This document shows, one piece after another, positions 61,143 through 64,000 of a DNA stretch of 64,000 nucleotides. Source of the stretch: Basidiobolus meristosporus CBS 931.73 (taxonomy: Eukaryota > Fungi > Basidiobolomycota); assembly GCA_002104905.1 (NCBI GenBank), contig MCFE01000238.1, positions 55,638-119,637 on the forward strand, given 5' to 3'. A program made the position numbers and the translations under genes. A model generated the notes under the pieces. The model was not told the DNA's origin. It saw nothing but the letters and a program-made list of their open reading frames with translations, and searched no databases. Positions within the stretch are counted from its first letter, which is position 1. Each line of letters opens with the position of its first letter.

Positions 61143-63781
61143 CTACTGTTGTAGCTTTGATACAAGAGTGTGGAGCTGAGGGGAATTTGTAGGTAAGTTA
61201 ATAAGAAGTGATGATAGTTCTTCAGTGCTCAAGACACTGTTCAGTGGGAAGGGGGGTAGCAAGAGAGGTAAGAATGACTTGTGAACAACATTAATGAGGG
61301 GAATGTGATAAGGATTGATATTCATCATAAAGGGAGTGTGCTGCTGCAGATATTGCTGCCAAAGGTCTGTCAAGTACTTCAGGTAGGCCAGCTTGGGTTT
61401 TTCTGACTGCAGAATATAGTGAGCAAACTTCTTGACTTCAGGATCTCCAAGTATAGTTCTCCAGCAGGAGCCAGGTGTTGTGTGGTGTGTTCTCTTCCAG
61501 GCCTTAATCAGTGGGTTGTTGCAGTTGTGAAGTCTGAGGTATAATCTTGGTCTAAGGTAGAGAAGTCTGATCTTATAGGGCATAAACCCAAAAGCACCAA
61601 GAATAGCATGTCTGTAGGGGCATTCAGGCAAATGAGGCACCAAGGAGGTAATGCACCATACTGCAAACTTGTCAAGCTTAGTGCAGTCTCTAGAAGTAAG
61701 AGAGAGAAGTGGTAAGCCAAATTCCAGGACAGGGAAGACAAACTGCTTGAGTAGAAGGAGGCAGCTGGGAGCTGAAGTTGTAGGAGGAGTAACAGCAAGT
61801 AGCTTGTGGAGTGCCTGTCTTGCCAGGATAATTCTCTTCTTCAGGTGTGCTCCAGAGTCTAGTCCAGTAGGAAGGAAAGGAAAGCCAAGATATGTAGCAG
61901 AAACCTGAGCAGGTAGAGTGGAGTTCTCCAAGTTGATGGGAGAGCCCAAAGGTACTGTCTTTGCAATGGAAAGCTGGAGATTATTCTTCTGCAGATACTG
62001 GTGGATGGTCTGGGAGTCTTGTTGCACATTGGAGGAGGATATTCTGATGTCATCAGCAAAGAGAGTAACCAGGCAGTCAGCTGAGAGTCTTGGGAAATCA
62101 TTCAGGAAGATGGCAAACAGTATAGGACCAAGCACAGAGCCTTGAACCACTCCATTAGGAACTGAGAACACAGCTGATTGCTCACTTGGGTGCAGAATTC
62201 TTGCTTGTGGATCCAGAAACAGAGACCTGACAAGGAGGGTGAGAGAGGTACTGGAGAAGCATTGCAACTTGGACCAAAGCAGATTTCTGTCAACTGAATC
62301 AAAGGCCTTAGTAATATCAAACAGAACAGAGGGATACTTGCACTGGAGAGAGTGATCTTGGCTAAGTATGACTGCATATTCCAAGGAGAGGCCAGGAACA
62401 AAGCCAAACTGTGCAGGATGAAACTTGAGAGAGTCAGAGTAGAGCTCCTGAGCAAGCAGAAGCTCAAACACCTTTCTGCAGGTGGGCAGCAGAGATATTG
62501 GCCTGTAGGAGCTAGGATCCAGGTGCTTTCCTTTACCCTTGTACAGTGGCAGAACATTTGCAAAGGACCATTCCTCAGGAGTAGAAAGCTGGGCTGAGCA
62601 TTGCTGAAACAGTGGAAGCAGAAGTGCAGACATGGCCTTGGTACTAGTCTTCAGAAGCTCATAGGAGATTGTGTCCACACCTGGAGCAGTAGAGTTGGGA
62701 AGCCTCTTGAGCACATAATGGATTCTCCTTTGATCAAGTGCAAGTGGGATGGGCAGAGTCTTGAAGTCAGGATGAAAGCCAGGAGTTGAGTACTGCCTTG
62801 TAGAGAAGAAGATGTTAGCCAGCTGTTCTGTTGAAGGTAACTTCCTGGAAGAGGGCCTCATTGCCCTGTAGAGTCTTGATACTGTTCTTGTTATAGAGTT
62901 GGAAGATTGCAGAGGCAAGGAACTCATAATATGATCCCAGAGCTGAGTATGCAGAGTGTGGTGAATTGCCTTGGAGTGGTGTATTGCTGTCAGGAGGAGT
63001 TTCTCTGTTTTTGGGTTAGGGAAGCTCAGGTAGCTTTGTTGCAGGGCTGAAACAATGGATTCCCATTTTCTTGAGGTAACAGCAGTAGTCTTGCATGGCA
63101 GTGAGAGGGAGGCAGACACCAGAATCAGATGCTTCACAAAGAGCCAGGCAAAGTTGAGATCATCTGGCAGAGAAAGTAGCAAACTGGCAAGCTTCAAGTA
63201 GTTCCCAAAGTCTTTCTTCTGATTCTTGGTAGCTTTGTGGGTGGACACAGTAAGTTTTGGCAGCTTCTTCTTCACAACTGGTTGCATAGAAAGGGACCAG
63301 GCTGGGTGGTCAGAGGCTCTCAAGGATCCTAGCTCAGCTCCAGAGAATTGCTTAACTTCATTCACAAAGTAGAGGGCAGCAGCAGAAGGGCAGATCCAGT
63401 CAACACATCTTTTCTCAGATTGAGCACCTAGTGCTAGCAGATGGCTTTCTCTCAGGAAGTTCAGTAGGAATGTAGACCTTGGCTTCATTCTTGCAGTCAG
63501 AGTAGTCTTGTTCTCAGGATGGGGAATGTTGAGATCTCCAAGCAAGATAACAGGTGTTGATATAGATTGTTGGTATTGCTGAACCTTCTGGCATATAACT
63601 TGCACTTCCTGAAGGGCTAGACTTGGAGGCAGATAGCAGAGCACCAGACTGATAGTTGGCAACTGGAGAGCAGCACAGTAAGGGGAGTAAAGAGGAACAC
63701 AGAGCTGAGGAGTATTGATGGTAGAAGAGATGAAGCAGATAGAGGAGGTATTCTTTGTTCTAGGAGTAGAAAAAAAAAAAA
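61143..63781 (-). CDS. ORF2 of A: APE (N-terminally truncated) + reverse transcriptase
   Basis: CYLPP, LGDLNIPHP, CVDWI, ASDH; APGVDTI, YRPISLL, AQFGF, FDITKAFDSV, GVVQGSVLGP, FADDI, YLGF. The frame stays open upstream of the TTG at 63662 (FFFSTPRTKNTSSICF...). Confidence 0.95.
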
Positions 63782-64000
63782 GGGTAGGGTTAGGGTTAGG
63801 GTTAGGGTTAGGGTTAGGGTTAGGGTTAGGGTTAGGGTTAGGGTTAGGGTTAGGGTTAGGGTTAGGGTTAGGGTTAGGGTTAGGGTTAGGGTTAGGGTTA
63901 GGGTTAGGGTTAGGGTTAGGGTTAGGGTTAGGGTTAGGGTTAGGGTTAGGGTTAGGGTTAGGGTTAGGGTTAGGGTTAGGGTTAGGGTTAGGGTTAGGGT
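63782..64000 (+). repeat. Telomere: GGGTAGGG followed by 35 perfect TTAGGG repeats to the end of the window
   Basis: Direct reading. The G-rich strand runs 5'-3' toward the end, as expected for a right chromosome end. Confidence 0.99.

Larger units (their letters stand above)
61068..63781 (-). mobile_element. Unit A: 2.7-kb terminal non-LTR retrotransposon, 5'-truncated within the APE domain and capped by the telomere
   Basis: (TTAGGG)3 junction at 61068-61085, family 3' signal at 61086-61140, open ORF2 up to the telomere. Confidence 0.95.

Noticed and set aside
5025-62789. Numerous 60-200-aa ORFs antisense to or overlapping the called genes and RT ORFs
   Set aside because: Shadow frames of real coding sequence, with no independent motifs.
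59138-63021. Internal GGGTTAGGG at about 59138 (B) and 63013 (A) as additional junctions
   Set aside because: Both encode the conserved FPNP peptide inside uninterrupted ORF2.
63770-63781. A12 tract next to the telomere as a retrotransposon poly(A) tail
   Set aside because: It lies at the 5' side and on the antisense strand of element A, and is in frame as Phe codons. No plus-strand element precedes it.

Overview
Right end of a fungal chromosome. Short GT-AG introns, a (TTAGGG)n telomere and PRL, CFAP20 and CASTOR homologues suggest an early-diverging lineage; this is inference only. Bases 1-53.1 kb hold about 20 ordinary genes: a syntaxin 3' end, F-box proteins, a KDM4-type JmjC demethylase, a PRL phosphatase, a WW protein, a Def1/UBAP2-like protein, an M28 aminopeptidase, a Sec7 GEF, an MBL hydrolase, a DUF1636-like protein, CFAP20, a CDF zinc transporter, a truncated globin, Hel2, an HMG-box factor, a CASTOR-like protein, an SDR and a secreted MP88-like protein. 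The last ~10 kb (53803-63781) is a head-to-tail array of eight 5'-truncated units on the minus strand. Each is joined to its inner neighbour through only 1-3 TTAGGG-type repeats, and the array is capped by 35 perfect TTAGGG repeats. It contains two divergent families of APE-endonuclease/reverse-transcriptase non-LTR retrotransposons (A, B), an apparently ORF1-only partner (C) and two non-coding unit types (D, E). A, B and C share a 3' signal (UGGCUUCUUU box, AAUAAA, a UCACC/GGUGA hairpin) and end in CCCUAA rather than poly(A). In B, ORF1 and ORF2 are in frame across a single UGA-CUA. Family A has no CpG over 2.6 kb. The array looks like a telomere-specialised retrotransposon system, HeT-A/TART/TRAS-like in layout, coexisting with canonical telomeric repeats. 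All coordinates, translations beyond the ORF track and family assignments were made by eye, with no database searches.
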